The notes under the pieces were generated by a model. It did not search any database. It saw nothing but the letters and a program-made list of their open reading frames with translations, and had not been told where the DNA came from. The translations under genes were made by a program, and so were the position numbers. From Christensenellales bacterium (lineage in GTDB: Bacteria > Bacillota > Clostridia > Christensenellales > UMGS416), in contig JBMNEH010000001.1 of the NCBI GenBank assembly GCA_050948665.1, forward strand, positions 1,807,953 through 1,871,952: a stretch of DNA of 64,000 nucleotides, written 5' to 3'. Below are positions 61,064 through 64,000 of this stretch, one piece after another (position 1 is the stretch's first letter; the number at the start of each line of letters is the position of its first letter).

Positions 61064-62100
61064 TCAGTCGCCTCCAACAAGAGATTCATTTGTTCCGGGG
61101 TACCAATGGTGATACGTACAAAACCTTCGATCCGCAGCCGGGCGAAATGTCGCACCAGCACGCCTTTCCGCCGCAGCCGAGCAGCGTAACCCGCCCCATC
61201 CCGGTCGGGCGGTGAGGCAAAGAGGAAATTTGTCCCGGAGGGAAGTACCCGGAAACCACGGCGCTCCAACTCACAGCGTACACGTTCTCTCTCTAGGATG
61301 ATTTTTTCCGCACAGTCACGATAATAGACATCTTCTCCTACCGCCGCAACACCGGCAGCTTGGGTCGCGCTGTTTACATTATACGGGTTAAAGCCGAATT
61401 TTACCCGGTTCAAATCTGCGATCAGCACCGGGCTGCCTATAGCGTAACCCAACCTCGCTCCGGCTAAGCCTCTATATTTAGAGAAAGTACGACAAATCAG
61501 CAGGTTATCATACTCCTCCAGTAATGGCAGGGCGGACTCTCCTCCGAAGTCCACATATGCCTCGTCCGCCAGTACCACCCGGTCGGGATGATCTTCCAGC
61601 AACTGACGTACACCGGACAGGAGAAGAGGTATCCCGGTGGGCGCGTTAGGATTCGCAAAAACCACATTAGCTTCGGGGTCGTCATAATCCTCCGGACAGA
61701 GTGTAAAATCTTCCCGGAGAGGGACCTGCCGCGCAAACGCGCCGAAGGTCTGCGCATAAACAGGATAAAACCCATAACTGATATCCGGCATGTCCAGCTT
61801 CCTTCCACGAAAAAAAGCCAGGTAAGCAAAGGCAAGCATCTCATCCGATCCGTTGGCTGTGAGGATCTGCTCCGGCTTCACGTTGTGGAAATTTGCCAGT
61901 GTCCTCGTCAGGACTGCTGCTTCGGCGTCGCAATATCGATACAATCCCTCTGCCGCTTCTGCTATGGCGTTCTTTACGGAGCGCGGCACCGGATAGGGGT
62001 TCTCATTGGTATTCAGCTTGGCAAGCACGCCGCCCCGGGGCTGTTCTCCCGGCACATAGGGCTCAAGCAAGCGTGTCGCCTCCGCCAGGTAGCGGCTCAT
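61060..62100 (-). CDS. hisC: Histidinol-phosphate aminotransferase
   Basis: YVPGEQP, KLNTNENPY, NGSDE, NPNAPTG, DEAYVDF, RTFSK. Confidence 0.96.
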   Translation of the reverse strand: MSRYLAEATRLLEPYVPGEQPRGGVLAKLNTNENPYPVPRSVKNAIAEAAEGLYRYCDAEAAVLTRTLANFHNVKPEQILTANGSDEMLAFAYLAFFRGRKLDMPDISYGFYPVYAQTFGAFARQVPLREDFTLCPEDYDDPEANVVFANPNAPTGIPLLLSGVRQLLEDHPDRVVLADEAYVDFGGESALPLLEEYDNLLICRTFSKYRGLAGARLGYAIGSPVLIADLNRVKFGFNPYNVNSATQAAGVAAVGEDVYYRDCAEKIILERERVRCELERRGFRVLPSGTNFLFASPPDRDGAGYAARLRRKGVLVRHFARLRIEGFVRITIGTPEQMNLLLEATE

Positions 62101-63371
62101 ACTCTGTCCTCCAGTCTTATAGTCACACTGCGGGCATGGGCTTCCAGACCCTCTGCTCTGGCAAATACAACCGCCTGCTCTCCCACTTCGCCGAGAGCCT
62201 CAGGAGAAAAACAGATATAAGAGGACCTTTTCACAAAATCATCCACCGAAAGAGGGCTGGCAAAACGCGCCGTGCCTGCGGTGGGCAACACATGGTTAGG
62301 CCCTGCCAGATAATCCCCCAACGCCTCCGGAGTATACCGGCCAAGGAAGACTGATCCGGCGTGGCGAACCTTTCCCAATAGTGCAAAGGGTTCTTCAACG
62401 CAGAGTTCCAGGTGTTCCGGAGCCAGCACATTCGCAGTCTCTATCGCCCGGTCAATGGAATCCGTTACAGCGATCATCCCCCTGGTATTAATGCTTTCCC
62501 GGGCAATTTCCCGCCGGGGCAACAGAGGCAGCTGCCTCTCTATCTCCACAGAAACCGCTTCGGCCAGTGCCCGGCTGTCCGTCAACAGCACGGCGGAAGC
62601 CAGTTTGTCATGCTCCGCCTGGCTCAGCATATCCGCAGCTATCCAGGCAGGGTTGCTTTTCCCGTCCGCCACCACGATGATCTCACTGGGGCCGGCTTCC
62701 ATATCAATACCCACCCGACCGGATACCATGCGCTTAGCGGTGGCTACATAAATATTCCCGGGACCGACAATCTTGTCCACCCTGGGCAACGTTTCTGTAC
62801 CGTAGGCCATCCCGGCGATCGCATGCGCTCCCCCTACGGTGTAGACTTCCTCAACATCCGCCAACCATGCCGCGCCCAGCACGACATCCGGCAGGACGCC
62901 CGACCTGTCGGGAGGCGTAACCATCACCAGTCGCCCGACCCCGGCAACCTTGGCAGGCAGAGCGTTCATGAGTATGCTGCTGGGATACCTGGCTGTTCCG
63001 CCGGGAACATAAATGCCAACGCTGTCCAGCGGTAATATCCTCTGCCCCCGCACAAAGCCGGACTGTATGTCCGCGAAGCCCTGCCTCAGTTGACACTTGT
63101 GAAAGTCCAGTATATTGCTCTTCGCGATTTCCATGGCCTCTCTCAGTTCTTTGGGCATCCGTGCCCAAGCTGCTTCCATGGACTCCGGCGATACCCGAAG
63201 AGAAGCAGGGCGCACCTGGTCAAATTTCTCCGAATAATCCAGAAGTGCCTTATCTCCCTGCCTGCGAACAGCATCCAATATTTCCGCCACCGCTGTTTCC
63301 ACCTGCCGCAGTAGGGGTTCCTCCCGCTGCAGCAGCTTTTCCGGGGTCACATGATCGAAAATCCGAATCAT
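62097..63371 (-). CDS. hisD: Histidinol dehydrogenase
   Basis: YVPGG, GPGNIYV, AGPSE, SQAEH, APEHLE, GPNHVLPT. Confidence 0.97.
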   Translation of the reverse strand: MIRIFDHVTPEKLLQREEPLLRQVETAVAEILDAVRRQGDKALLDYSEKFDQVRPASLRVSPESMEAAWARMPKELREAMEIAKSNILDFHKCQLRQGFADIQSGFVRGQRILPLDSVGIYVPGGTARYPSSILMNALPAKVAGVGRLVMVTPPDRSGVLPDVVLGAAWLADVEEVYTVGGAHAIAGMAYGTETLPRVDKIVGPGNIYVATAKRMVSGRVGIDMEAGPSEIIVVADGKSNPAWIAADMLSQAEHDKLASAVLLTDSRALAEAVSVEIERQLPLLPRREIARESINTRGMIAVTDSIDRAIETANVLAPEHLELCVEEPFALLGKVRHAGSVFLGRYTPEALGDYLAGPNHVLPTAGTARFASPLSVDDFVKRSSYICFSPEALGEVGEQAVVFARAEGLEAHARSVTIRLEDRV

Positions 63372-64000
63372 AGGCTTGACACCTTCCTCTCCGTCTGTTT
63401 CCGGAGTGCATTTACCAACCGGCCGATTCCCTCTTCCTCGAACCGGGCGCTGGCCGGATTCACAATCAGTCTGGCAGAAATTGCGCAAATCGTTTCCAGT
63501 TCCGTCAGATGGTTCTCCCGCAGGGTCGCGCCTGACTCCGTAATATCCACGATCACATCACTCAACCGGGTAATCGGCGCCAACTCAATGCTACCGTTGA
63601 GCTGAATAAGGGTAATCTCACGTTCCTGTTTATCAAAAAATTCTTGGGCGATACGGGGAAATTTTGTTGCCACCTTCAGCGGCCGGCCTTCCGGTGCAAT
63701 AAAACCCTCCGGCCCGGCCACCACCATGCGGCAATAGCCCATCCCCAAATCCAGCAGCTCATACACCTCCGGGCGCTGTTCCAGCAATATATCCCTGCCC
63801 ACGATACCGGCATCCGCCGCGCCGTGTTCCACATACACCGCTACATCGCTGGGCTTTACAAGATAATACACCGTATCATCCGCAGGTGACTCCAGCACAA
63901 GCCGCCTGTCATCCTCTGCCAATGCCCGGCAATCATATCCCGACGCCGCAAGCAATCCCATCACTTTATCCCCAAGCCGCCCCTTGGGCAGCGCTATTCT
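63368..64000 (-). CDS. hisG: ATP phosphoribosyltransferase, short form (5' end outside window)
   Basis: IALPKGRL at window edge, VKPSDV, VATKFP, GSIELAP, DITESGATLREN; lacks C-terminal regulatory domain. Confidence 0.95.
   Translation of the reverse strand, partial: RIALPKGRLGDKVMGLLAASGYDCRALAEDDRRLVLESPADDTVYYLVKPSDVAVYVEHGAADAGIVGRDILLEQRPEVYELLDLGMGYCRMVVAGPEGFIAPEGRPLKVATKFPRIAQEFFDKQEREITLIQLNGSIELAPITRLSDVIVDITESGATLRENHLTELETICAISARLIVNPASARFEEEGIGRLVNALRKQTERKVSSL

Noticed and set aside
1-64000. CRISPR arrays, tRNA/rRNA, IS elements, prophage or defence island
   Set aside because: No spaced repeat array, cloverleaf, transposase, integrase or recognisable defence gene seen by eye

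Overview
64 kb of mostly core chromosome from an anaerobic Firmicute (Clostridia-like, inferred from gene content, AGGAGG RBSs and TTGACA/TATAAT-type promoters). I see no rRNA, tRNA, CRISPR array, transposase, integrase or phage gene. Contents in order: acyl-CoA synthetase and XRE-cupin regulator; a decayed AraC gene divergent from a five-gene AroD-like dehydratase/oxidoreductase operon; G5-3D protein and rsmA; PuuD-like hydrolase and ridA; rho with a long insertion; nfeD-floA; uppP, tcdA; DUF1538 plus PII-like pair; rpiB; a class A PBP; CNNM/CorC; pepF; yebC; glycerate kinase; a WYL regulator; nfnAB; MATE; two GH30s; an ARH-PHP cluster; a YghO/bCerS-like GNAT; an NYN-LOTUS protein; and the his operon. 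The most interesting signals are non-coding. Three promoter-driven structured RNAs match no family I can recognise by eye: (1) a ~190-nt closed multistem RNA plus terminator directly before the NYN-LOTUS gene, which carries a histone-H1-like repeat tail; (2) a ~280-nt closed RNA between rho and ridA; (3) an attenuator-type leader before the CNNM/CorC transporter. All folding and family assignments were made by eye and need Infernal/HMMER confirmation.
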